Assembly: GCF_001194135.2 (NCBI RefSeq)
Contig: NC_068998.1
Coordinates: 39,826,422-39,890,421, forward strand
From: Octopus bimaculoides
Lineage: Eukaryota
Length of the DNA stretch: 64,000 nucleotides
Reading direction: 5' to 3'
Shown: positions 52,152 through 64,000 of the stretch, in pieces
How positions within the stretch are numbered: position 1 is the first letter of the stretch
How the letters are laid out: each line of letters begins with the position of its first letter
Made by a program: the position numbers and the translations under genes
Notes under the pieces: model-generated
Seen by the model: only the letters and a program-made list of their open reading frames with translations
The model's database searches: none
What the model was told of the DNA's origin: nothing

Positions 52152-55122
52152 TAGGAGAAGAAAGAGATTTGATTTATCTCTAGCAGTTTGAGTACTCATG
52201 GTGACAATAGTAGTTGTGCTGTTACTGGGAGGATGGATAAGGTGATGGTGGTGGTGGTGATGTTGGTAATGGTTTTATGGTGGATATGGTGGCAGTAGTA
52301 GTGGATGTGGTGGTGGTGGTGGTGGTGATGTAGATGGTGGGTGTGGTGGTAATAATTGTTGTTGCTGTTTAGCTCCGAGTCAAATCTGATTGAGCAAGCC
52401 TATGATCAAAGACATTGCAACTGTGACCATCATGTCTTTTGGCTTACTAGGGAAGACACAGTCTAATGTAGCTTTCCTTTTCTGAGACAGCAAATTATAT
52501 TTTAATTGCTATTTCTAATAGACTGAGCATGTGTATGTAGTGGTGGTGGTGGTATATATAATGGTGATGGTAGTGAATGTAGTGGTGGGTGGTGTATGTA
52601 GTAGTGGAGATGTATGTGGTATGGAGATGTATGTGGTATGGAGATGTTGTATGCCATGTTTGTTGTGGTGATAGTGATGATAATGATAGTGCTGGTGGAT
52701 GCAGTGATGACGGTGTCACTGGTGAATGTTGTGTTTGTGTTGGTATACAGTGGATCTGGTGGTTGTGATGGTGGTGAGAAGATAGATATGTGGTGTTTAT
52801 GTTGGAGCGTTATGATGTTAGAGGTAAATGAACACATCTATGAACACAGGACTACAAAGCTTAACAAACTCACTATATTAAATGTGTATGATAATAAACT
52901 TGTAGTGTGGTAAAGCATAAACTGTAATGAACATATTGCACTGAGCATGTGAGAAAATGAACATATGAATGTGAATTAATGAAACGCAAAGTAATCAACA
53001 TGTTAAGTAATGAAGACACTGCAATGAACATGTGTGACAATGAAGATATTGTGATGAACGCATTGTAATAAACATATGTGACAATGAACACACTGTAATG
53101 AACATGTAAAGTAATAAGTATGTTGAGCGATGAACTCATTACATGAACATTTGTGGCAATAAATACACATGATATAAAATATATTGCAATGAACATTTAT
53201 GGCAACGGACACAACAAACTACATGAAAATGAAGATGGTATAAAGATCACAGAATGTAATGAAGATAAGTTTTATACACAAACACCTCCATATAATGAAG
53301 ACATTGTGCATATGTATGTGTAATATATATGTGTGTGTGTATGCATATATATATATATGTATATATATATACATACAGAGGTACACAGTGTAATGAAGAC
53401 TGGTATATATACACACCCAATGTAATCAAGACGAGGCATATATACATATATATATATATATATGCATGTATATAACACATACATCCCATTGTAATGAAGA
53501 GGTAATCAACAAATCGTTATAATGTGATGACAGATTTGGCAGCAGAAGCAACAAACAAACAAAAACAAACTTACAGTTTTGTAATAACAATGAAAATTTT
53601 GCACAAGGAACAGTCTCTTTCTCTTCCTCCACCCTCTCTCTCTCTCTCTCACCCAACCACTCTCATTACTTTAACACACTCAGAAACAATAACTGTCAGG
53701 AGGGAGGCTTTTTCCTCTGACAGCTTTAGTCATTTATTTAAAAATCTATCCACACAGACAAATATATCTCCTATAGGTTACCTAGCTATGAAGAAGATGA
53801 TAAAGATGTAGAAACTTAAGCTAAGCTGATAATATATAAGTACCTCACTATTGCTAAGGTCCATGTTCACATCTGTTCAGGGTACAAGACACAAAATAGA
53901 AACACAGGTAAAACACACACACACACACACACACACAATGTGCGTGCTCTGCCAGGTATCATCACTATGATAATTCACTCGTATGGAAATCTTAAACAAC
54001 CACTCCACCACTGTCACTCAACTAAATCCTTCCTCCATTCCACAGGGAAGTTTCTGATAATGTCTTTTAGACAGGAAGGAGAAAATATTTATGTATTTCA
54101 GACAGAAGATGTGGCCATGATGGCTGTAACAATTTCATTATGAAAAATGGGGTATCTACTGTCACTATGACAACTATTGCTACTACTTATACTGTTGATA
54201 CTTCAACCACCACTCTCAATATCACAGCTTCTAACTACTTCTACTACACTCCTAGTAACACGTTAGCTAGTACCCACTACCAATAATGCTACAATTGCAA
54301 CTGCAACTACCACCACCACAAACTATACCCACTACAAATACGATGACCACTTCCACTATCTATAGTATTACTAACACTATTACTACCATGAAATGTAGCA
54401 GTATTGATACTACTAATACCATTATACTATTACCATCATCACAGCCACCAATGTTATTACCATCACCACCCCTATCACCATCAAAACCACCACCACCACC
54501 ACCATCATCATAGTTGAGGAGGGATATAACTGGTACTTAACTCCAGTTACGTTGTGCTGTGTGAATGAGAGCAAGGTCTACACATGGGTTGGATAGTAGA
54601 ATATTGGTTTCGATTTTTGGGACAAGGCCAGCAATTTTGGGGAGATGGTAAGTTGATTACATCCACTCCTGTGTTCAGTTGGTACTTATTTTATCGACCC
54701 TGAAAGGACGAAAAGCAAAGTCAATCCTGGTAGCATTTGAACTGAGAACATAATGATGGATGAAATGCCAATAAGTATTTTGCCTGGCATACTAACAATT
54801 CTGCCAACTCGCCACCTTAGGACAGTAGAATTTTGAAGACAAACATAACTGATCACCTTGTAAACTATTCCTGGCAGCAAGGTGAAATGAGTTATTGTAT
54901 AAATAAGTGTATGCTGCGCAACTGAAGCAAGAAATGACTTCTATGGTATTGAAGTGAGGATCAAAGAGGCGATTGTGGAATATCATCAGTATTCAGAATA
55001 TATTTGGCTTCTCAATACTCTACAGCAGAATGGATAGTGTGTCCATTTTAGCAATGAGCATTCCAGTGGTTTGACATATGGAACCATCTACTTGTTAAAT
55101 TATAGTGTATCATTATTGGAAA

Positions 55123-55502
55123 GTGGAGGCGCAATGGCCCAGTGGTTAGGGCAGCGGACTCGCGGTCATAGGATCGCAGTTTCGATTCCCAGACCGGGCG
55201 TTGTGAGTGTTTATTGAGCGAAAACACCTAAAGCTCCACGAGGTTGCGGCAGGGGATGGTGGCGAACCCTGCTGTACTCTTTCACCACAACTTTCTCTTA
55301 CTTCCTGTTTCTGTTGTGCCTGTAATTCAAAGGGTCAGCCTTGTCACACTGTGTCACACTGAATATCCCCGAGAACTACGTTAAGGGTACACATGTCTGT
55401 GGAGTGCTCAGCCACTTGCGCGTTAATTTCATGAGCAGGCTGTTCCGTTGATCGGATCAACTGGAACCCTCGACGTCGTAAGTGACGGAGTGCCAACAAC
55501 AA
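55123..55502 (+). mobile_element. Young tRNA-head SINE with (CAA)n tail and 12-bp TSD
   Basis: TSD cattattggaaa at 55111-55122 and 55503-55514; CpG-rich; A/B-box-like head tggcccagtggttagg...gtttcgattccc. Confidence 0.92.
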
Positions 55503-55919
55503 CATTATTGGAAAAACTGAAGGCGGGCAATGACTATAACCCTTTTGTCACTATATTTCTATTAAAACTTTGTTTCAATTAACTTAGAAAGTAATGAAAG
55601 ATTTAGTAAAATAACTGCGTCATTACTAAGCTGCTGTTTTGAACATATATCAACATGAAATTTTTATAGGTTTTAATTTAGATCACTTTAAAACAGGAAA
55701 TTTGTATTGTAGAATCAGGGGTAGTCTTGTTTAGGTTGGTATAAAAATGCTTAAGTATCTCAGGTCCTATGAAGCTGACAGCGGAAAATGATTTCCTGAC
55801 ATGCAAAGGACAAAGCTGAAGTGCTTCAAACATACTTCACAACTCACAGTGTGAGTGGAGAGGATTCTTCTGTATGGAACAGAAAAACTAGACTGTGAAG
55901 AAGCAGCTTCATGTATGTA

Positions 55920-56014
<95 letters not shown>

Positions 56015-56103
56015 GCACACTTTAATTGTCCATTAGACAATAATCAAAATATAATGAAAATTTTTGAATCTATGTTAACAAGACAAGAAACCAGTTAAAT
56101 ATT

Positions 56104-56884
56104 GTTGGGGGTACTACTGGTTTGAGATAAACTCTACAGGCACAGATGTACTGTCTGATGGGCTTGTCCGAGGTGTGCGCAGAGTGACGAAACCATTCTG
56201 CATGTCTTTGTTCAGTGTTCAGGCATTGCTGACTTGTGGGATTATGTCGAACAGTTGCTGTTATGTGTGGGACTAATCCATCTGTAGTGATGATCGTACT
56301 GTTGCCTTCCTTCAATTGGGCAGGCCAGGCAGGTTTCCTTTGCCTGGTGGCTGTGGCGAAAGAGGTTGTTTGGTGAACAAGGCTGAAAGGCATGAGGACA
56401 GATATATTCCTCTTCAGTAGAGCTCTCATTGACTTCTTCAAGTTTCACTTGAAAAGGAAATTGCAAGTGGTGAGGGAAGTGCTGTCCTCAAGTGAGTTTA
56501 TTGAGAGGTGGGTAAAAGTTGCGAAAATGGCAAGAGTGGATGGTACCTTTCTCAGTGTAGGCCTGTGAGTTGGAGAGAAGGAATTGGAGAAGGCACTTGC
56601 TCCTGGGGTTTCAGGGAAATTGCAGTCAGTGGGGTTCCTCGATTACCCCTAGAGGCCTTCCTGTATCAGGAGGGCCACATCTCTATCACCCTCCCTGCTT
56701 TTTTCTTGGTTTTTTTTTTTACCTTTGCATGCTATGCATATGTACCTTCTTTTTCAGTGTATGCTGTGTATACTTACTTTCTTTTTTGTTTTTTATTTCA
56801 TAATATGTAAACCCCCACACTTTATGTGTTTTTGATTGGCCCCCTCATCCTTCGCCCTTGTGGCAAATAAATGAAATCATTATA

Positions 56885-56915
<31 letters not shown>
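56104..56915 (+). mobile_element. 5'-truncated Tx1/L1-clade LINE: zf-RVT zinc-knuckle relic, 3' UTR, AATAAA (56866-56871), (ATT)n-rich end
   Basis: VLLV*DKLYRHRCTV*WACPRCAQSDETILHVFVQCSGIADLW (CxxC...ETxxH...C), then LVAVAKEVVW*TR...EFIERWVKV; two stops look like CGA>TGA decay. Confidence 0.88.
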
Positions 56916-56918
<3 letters not shown>

Positions 56919-58365
56919 GGTGGCAAGCTGGCAGAACAGTTAGCACACCAGACAAAATGCTTAACAGCATTTCATCCTTTCAGGGTCAAGAAAATAAATA
57001 TCAGTTGAGCACTTGGGTTAATGTAATTGACTACCCAACACCCCAGAATTTCAGGCCTTGTGCCTATAGTAGAAAGGATTATTATTATTATTACTATTAT
57101 CATTATGATTATAAAATATGGAAGTAGAACAGAACCCTGCTCCACACACTCACAGTGTATTATTGTCTGTATTGTGCTGATATGTAATTTGTGTCCCTTG
57201 ATAATCTTCCAAACATGTGTTTTACACCAGAAAATAATGTTTGATATAATTAAAATAAATTAAAATACAGAAAGAGACAACGTATCCACATACACCAGGG
57301 TAGCCAGTGAATGTTTAGTTATACTGTAATTGCATGGGATTAAATAAACAAAATAGAATAATTAAATAATGTAGAGAATTAAGAGTTCATTAACATGGTT
57401 TTAATTTGTTATGAGCTCCCAAAGGATATATTCATATAATGTTTTATTCAAATATATTATATTATGGTGTGGGAAGGTGGGATTTTATGTTTAGTTTTGA
57501 ATATTTTGATGAAAATTTTGCAATATATAAGCAGTATTGATAAATACAGACTGTGGCTTAAATGTGAGCCAAGAACTGAACAGAGATTATTTTATGTAAG
57601 AGAGCGGATCAACTTATACACAAATGTATAGACAGTATTGATATTTCATAAGATTTGCCTATTGAATCTGGGAGCAGATAATAACACTGGTACTCTGACA
57701 CAAACTATATGGAGTATTGGTATTTTAGTGCTATGTGTTAAATTGTTATGGCTATCTGGGACAAATCTCTATTGGCCAACAAATATTTGAACCATCCCAA
57801 CTTTTCTGTTTTATTCTATATCAGGACTGAGTTATCCGGTATACTCAATCAATTCTTAAGACAATGGGGTGAACTTCAAGGAATATCTGGCTGCTATTTT
57901 TAACAGCTCAAGCTACTACAGACAGGCTTCCTCAGTGGTACTGATATTTGCATTGGTTGATGTTGTACTAGTTGTGATCATGGTGATGGCAGTGGTACAG
58001 ATAGAGGTATTAGCTGTGTTGGTGGTAAATATTGGGGTATTGACATGGTTATGTCTATTGTGTCATTGATGTATTGGCTGTAGTGGCTGTTATTGATGTT
58101 GTAGTACTGGCTATAGTGGTGGTTGTTCTGATACCTGCATCGCTGTTGTGGTTTGGGCTATGGTGGTGGTTGTACAACTGGTCAAGGTGGTGGTTAATAC
58201 TGCAACACTGATCTAGTCGTGATTATTAATATCATTGTGCTTATTCTTGTGACACTAAATGCAATGGTTGGAGTTAATGGCTGTGTTGGTGGCACTGATG
58301 CAGTTGTGTACCAACAAACTGTGACACTGTTGTTGTTGTGGTGATTGATGTCATTGAGATACAGG

Positions 58366-58655
58366 ATCATCATCATCGTTTAACGTCCGCTTTCCATGCT
58401 AGCATGGGTTGGACGATTTGACTGAGGACTAGTGAAACCAGATGGCTACACCAGGCTCCAATTTGATTTGGCAGTTTCTACAGCTGGATGCCCTTCCTAA
58501 CGCCAACCACTCTGAGAGTGTAGTGGGTGCTTTTACGTGTCACCTGCATGAAGGCCAGTCAGGCGGTACTGGTAACGGCCATGCTCAAATGGTGTATTTT
58601 ATGTGCCACCCGCACAAGAGCCAGTCCAAGGGGCACTGGCAACGATCTCGCTCAA
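58366..58655 (-). mobile_element. RTE 3'-UTR retroposon copy
   Basis: Colinear with 49268-49760, including the segment gccagtcca.ggggcactggcaacgatct next to the ORF2 stop. Confidence 0.8.
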
Positions 58656-59157
58656 AAGTCCATTACACATGCCGCGGGCACAAGTGCCAGAAACGCGACG
58701 CTGGGCATGCTGTAATACTAGCTGTAGTGTTTGTTGACGTTATACCAATTTTGTTATTGTTGTGGTACTGGTTGTGGTGATGTTGATGACTTGTGTTATA
58801 GTCTCTATTGATAGCTAATAGTGATAAGCTTTGTTGTTAGTGTTTGTTACGGTGATGCTGGTTTTCATGGTGATTTCTACATCAGTGGTAGTTGAAGTTG
58901 TGATGACAATGATGATGATGGTGGTGGTGGTGGTGGTGGTGGTGGTCATAACTTTTACTGTGGAAGCTAAGTAGCATCAGTAGTTGTAGTCTTTGTTGTT
59001 GCTGTTGTTGTAAATAATGCCGATGCTGTTGTACCTGTCATACAGTGGACATATGCTTTCTGTCTTGTGAATTAAATAACAGTGAATGAATAATGGGCAT
59101 ACTCCCTCCCACATCATCATCATCATCAACAATCATTATGTGCATGTTACACTATTT

Positions 59158-59189
<32 letters not shown>

Positions 59190-59334
59190 TGCACCACACA
59201 CTGTTTATAATGTATGTAGAAACACATCTAGTAATGAAGGAAAGCTTTACTCTTTTCTCCAGACACCCCCCCACACACAATTCTCTTTGCAAGCATGCTT
59301 AAACAGATTCACACACTCAAAAACCTACTCACAA

Positions 59335-59366
<32 letters not shown>

Positions 59367-59679
59367 TCTGTACCCACATCAGCCCTCCTATCTCCAGGAG
59401 AAAATAATATGGTATGTGTGATGTTGGAGGGGGGAAGGTGAGAGGGAAGGAAAGAGAGAGAGGGGCAGAGAAAGAGAATGACAGAGGGAGAGAGCGTGCA
59501 GTTTGTGTGAGTATGTGTGCATGGATTCATGTGTGTTTGTGAGAGGGTGTGTACAAATGAGATTGAGTGTAAATGTGTATATTGTGAGAATGAGTGTATG
59601 TGTGTGTGAAAAGACATTAATTTTCATCAGAGATATTGCAAAGGAATCATTTATTCTTTAAACACTACCAATTGTCAGA

Positions 59680-59735
<56 letters not shown>

Positions 59736-60781
59736 GGAGATGAAAAAAAAAAGATGTGAGGAAGATAAAGTTTGAGTTTAGAGACTTCTTTCCCAACCTC
59801 CACACACATACACAACTAGCTAGCAAGTTACATAAACAACACTATAATTTATCTAGACAGTTAGAAGACGGTGGAGGTGGGGATGGATGGGTAGGTGGGT
59901 GGGAAGAGGTGTGTAGTGAGTAGGTTGGTGGTGATGGTGGGGGAAGAAGAAGTGCAGATGCAGACTCTAAATTCCTGCAATTAGGTCTCAGACCAGACTG
60001 GACAAGTCAATTTTAGACTGGAGAAAAATAACTAGATGTGCATAAAAATAAAAAAAGCAAAAGGCCAAAAATAAAAAATAAAAAAATAGAATAAAAGGAA
60101 ACTCAGAGTCCCCAAGGAAACTACTAGTAGTGATGTGTAGTGAGAGTATACAGTGATGCTGTATTGTAGTGGTCAGTAGTAATGGTGTAATAGTGGTCAG
60201 TAATGGTGGTATGTAGTGGTGGTCAATAGTAGCGGTTATTGGCAGTATTGGTCTGCAATGGTGAAAGTCCTTCAGTGAAGATTTCAAATTCAGCTAAGTT
60301 TATACATTAAGCCTCAAATGGTCTCAGAAAAATTGACTGTTTTTTCTGCACTTTGAATCCTTCTTTTCATGACATAAGTTTACTTTTTTCATGAAAGACC
60401 AGTAATTGCCCAAGCAGCAAGTCTCTCTCCTATCACCAATGTCGTCCAAAGAAAAGATCAGTACTGATTCAGCTTGGCACCAATGTCATTGCAGAACACA
60501 GACAGTCAGAATAAATACTGCAAAGCAGTTTTTATCCATGTTCTAATATTTCTGCCCCTCAATCCTCTTGGACTGGTACTTTACTTCATGAAGCCCAGAT
60601 CAATGAAAGACAAATTTGACCATGACAAGATATGAACTCAATGTAAAGAGCTGGAACAAATACTGCAAATTATTCCTCTGCTGCTCGAACGGTTCTACTA
60701 ATCTGTCACCTTATATGCTTTTTTCTTTAAAGTTTGTATGATGTAGAGTATTCTTTCTCAATAAAATCTCAAATTCTTTAA

Positions 60782-60997
60782 TCCTTTAGTATCTGAACCA
60801 GCCATATTCAACCCTATTATTCTGTTTTATGTTTGAACCAGCCAGATCTGGCCTCTCACACCTATCCTAGAATGTCATTCTAAAAGTAAAAATTCACATT
60901 ATCGAAATCTCAAAGTTATGAGATAATGCATGATTAATTAAAAACAATATGAATAAATAAACATTACATTTGACAGAGTAATGTGAATGCTAAAGGG
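60782..60997. mobile_element. piggyBac-type MITE (degenerate), same family as ~10600-11166
   Basis: ttaa-tcctttagtatc ... gaatgctaaaggg-tttt termini; internal tatgagataatgcatgattaatt shared with the 10.7-kb copy. Confidence 0.6.
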
Positions 60998-62197
60998 TTT
61001 TAAAAGCATTAATTTTTTCCCCTTTAGACAGAGGGTTTGACCTGAACTATCAGGATTCTCTTTGTACTTCAGCATATAAGCTAAGCTAGATATGAGTTAT
61101 GGTACTATACTCAATTTGGACAATGTTGGCAAGCTAGATCAGATTGAACAATGTCATCTGGCTACTTCATAATTCCATGGATACACATTTAGTTTTTAGA
61201 TCCTACTATGCTGAGATCTAAGACCAAATACAAGATAGCACATTAAAAGTAGTAACCAAGTGTCCCTTATATAACTCCCAGCTATTTTAAAAACAAAGGA
61301 CACATTTGACAATGGAGTCTTAAATATTCACAATGCCTGCAGGGAAAATACAAAAAAAAAAGACATATGCCTTTGATCACAGGGTTCTAAGAGGACTGAA
61401 CCATGTTGCTCACACATATCCACTTACATAACTCTAGTCCTGGACAACTCCATGTTTTGCTAAGGACTAAGCTAGACCAGACTGAATGTATCAACTTCAT
61501 AATTCTAGTCTCATACATACATAAAACTTTAGTGATTCATAACCCATGAGTGACATTCATACATATACAGTAAATTGGCCTGCCTGATAATGAGCCATGT
61601 CTCATGTGGCCTGCTTCTTGAAAAATGATGCCTGTGCTTGCATTAAACAATCTGGTTAACTATGGTAACATGGAATAACATGTCCTGCCCAAGAAAATAA
61701 TAAAATTACTGCATTATTTCAACATCTGTTCACTTTACATGTTTGCATAGGTCTGATAGATTTTACTGAAACAGAGTTTCTCTGGTTGGATGTCCTTCTT
61801 GTTATCAATCCCCACCTGTTTTCAAGGTAATATTTCTCTATGGCTGGCCATGTTTCTAATAATAAAATGAATGACATCAGTTGCAAAGTGGTGATGCATC
61901 CTTACAAGAAAACAACAAAATTACTATAGGATCTTAACTCAGAATTTGAAGAGCCAGAAAAAAAATATTGCAAAGCATTTTCTACAACATTAACAAATTT
62001 GCAAGTTTGCTGCCCTGCTAAATAATAACAACAACTTTATCAAAGCAGTTGCCTAATTTGATAATAATAAGCTGTCAAATGAAATATCTTCCAGTATTTA
62101 GTTCTGTCTGTTGTGATTTTCCAAGTTTATATCTCATAGGTATCAGTAAGTTCAGTTGCTTTGAGAGATAAAGTAGCTAACATTTTGGGTCTTTGTC

Positions 62198-62240
<43 letters not shown>

Positions 62241-62299
62241 GTTATTGTTTTGGTTGTGGGCAAAATAACAGACGGGCAAAATAACAGACAGGCAAATTA

Positions 62300-62472
62300 A
62301 AGAGCCACTACATGGTAGTCTGATATACTAGAAACATTAACTAAATCCTTAAAAAATCACAACCTAGTGTTTGAAAATAAGGCAAGAATACAATAAATGT
62401 CCCCAAAGAAGACAGGATGATCATGGCTGGAACTCCTTTGAAACAGAACTGATCTGGGGCTAAACAACAACA
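62300..62472 (+). repeat. Abundant ~200-bp interspersed repeat with an (AAC)n tail; copies at e.g. 580-725, 4720-4920, 5590-6090, 11700-11890, 16690-16920, 40110-40280, 52360-52520
   Basis: Recurrent motif ggatggtcatggctggaatgcctttgatcatagg...ctgacctggggctaaacaacaac. Confidence 0.7.
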
Positions 62473-64000
62473 TACATAAATATCAGACATTCACTGGGGT
62501 CAATTTAATCCACTGTATTCTACTATATATTTCTGGTTTTGTGCCAATGTGGAAAATTACTATTTTAGTTATATTAGCAAAAAACAAAAAAAACAAAACA
62601 AAACAAAAAAACAAACAAGCAAAAAAAAAACAATTAATATTATTACTATTATTATTACTTAAAGAAATCATTATTATTACTAATGTTGTTGTTCTTGTTA
62701 TGTCACTATTATTAATTCAAATTTTTATTTTACGTGATTTCATCCAATCTATTTCCAATTCCATTGAGAAGCGTTATCTGTTTTTCTCTTCCACCCCCAC
62801 ATCACCCCCATACACATTCCCGCCCCTCCCATCCTCCTACTCTCTCTCTCTCTCTCATACATTTTGCTCCTCTATCCACACCTCCACTCTCTGCAATGAG
62901 TCTTTTAGTTTTCATTCCCCACTTCAAAATTGCCTGGAAAGTTTTCATTTATAGTTCTACTGCAGTGCAAGAGGCCCCCCACCATCACCACAACCACATA
63001 TGCACACACACATATATATAATACATGCACAAAGCAAGCTCATACACAGACAATACAACTCAGCATATATAAATATAATACCAGCTCTTCTCATTCATAC
63101 TTCACACACAGACGCATACACACACCTACAAATCAGAGACACCCATCTATAAAAATACACGTGCATACACAAAGACAGAAAGGGGAGAAGAGAGGCAAAT
63201 GCAGAGAGATAGAGAGAGAGAAAGAGACAGACAAACGCACAGGCACACAAACATAGACACACAACTGCAAATACATGTGCACATACATGCGCATGCACAC
63301 ACACACACACACACACAGAGTGAATGTGTGTGACATGGAGAGTCAGAGAAACAAAGAAATCATTAATTTTTCATTAAGTTTAGACAATGATTGAAGAAGC
63401 TATTTTGCTGCATCAAGAGATACTAAATTTACCCCAACATATCAATATCCTGGCATTCTTGTCTGATAATAACCAAACTTAGGAACCACACGACATCACT
63501 CCAGCCTCATAACACTCCAGCTTCACAATATTCCAAACACTTCTGCCTCGCAACACACCAATACTTCAAGCTCACTCCCACTCACTGCTCCAGCCTCATG
63601 CCCAATTCCTTCCCATCACTCCAGTCTCATAATACTTCTTAACACACAAGACTCACAATACCCCGCAACACATCAGCCTTTACAACAACAGACCTCGACA
63701 CTTCAGCCTCACAAGAGACTCTAACAAACCAGCACCACAATACTCCTCAATCTCCCACTCACGCACCAGACTGTCCCCCCCCCACCACCACCACAGACTA
63801 GCCTCACTAAAGACTCCAATACATCAGCCTCAAAACACACCTCAACTCTCCAGCTGCACAATATCTTTCAATACTCCAACCTCACAACATCTACAACACT
63901 CAATCAAGAAAAAGTAAAGGCTTGGAAGTAAAACATTATGCAGGGAAAAATATACAAAGCAAGAATATAGGTGCAAGTATGGCTGTGTGATTAGAAAGCT

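Noticed and set aside
53844-53872. Possible 29-nt minus-strand microexon (cag|ATGTGAACATGGACCTTAGCAATAGTGAG|gtac)
   Set aside because: Weak polypyrimidine tract and no recognisable VPS41 homology; AG...GT pairs like this are common by chance.
55125-55200. tRNA-like sequence (also 5667-5735 and 10789-10860)
   Set aside because: These are SINE heads. They continue into SINE bodies with simple-repeat tails (with clear TSDs at two of the three) and lack a complete acceptor stem.
56242-56466. Minus-strand acidic peptide VKLEEVNESSTEEE as a candidate VPS41 acidic N-terminus
   Set aside because: It is the antisense reading of the Tx1/L1 ORF2 relic on the plus strand.

Overview
This is eukaryotic (animal) genomic DNA, AT-rich and dense in microsatellites and transposons, with eight N-gaps. 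The repeat landscape suggests an octopus genome, but that is inference. There is no prokaryotic system here: no operons, CRISPR or rRNA. One protein-coding gene is supported: VPS41 (HOPS tethering-complex subunit) on the minus strand. I assembled 18 consecutive coding exons by hand between 36343 and 994. They all have GT-AG junctions with matching phases and total 1956 nt (652 codons) with no stop, covering the WD40 beta-propeller end, the alpha-solenoid and the clathrin heavy-chain repeat. The C-terminal exons should lie left of the window. I could not find the N-terminal exons in 36344-64000. The rest is intronic: mariner relics and MITEs, hAT- and piggyBac-type MITEs with target-site duplications (TSDs), tRNA-head SINEs, and 3' fragments of four non-LTR retrotransposon groups (RTE, Tx1/L1, HERO-like RLE, CR1/Jockey-like). 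The most notable structures are a ~780-bp near-perfect fold-back palindrome (44592-45375), a mariner relic built from two left ends, and SINEs that swap heads and tails. I do not see convincing evidence for a novel biological system. Most oddities are transposon-derived.
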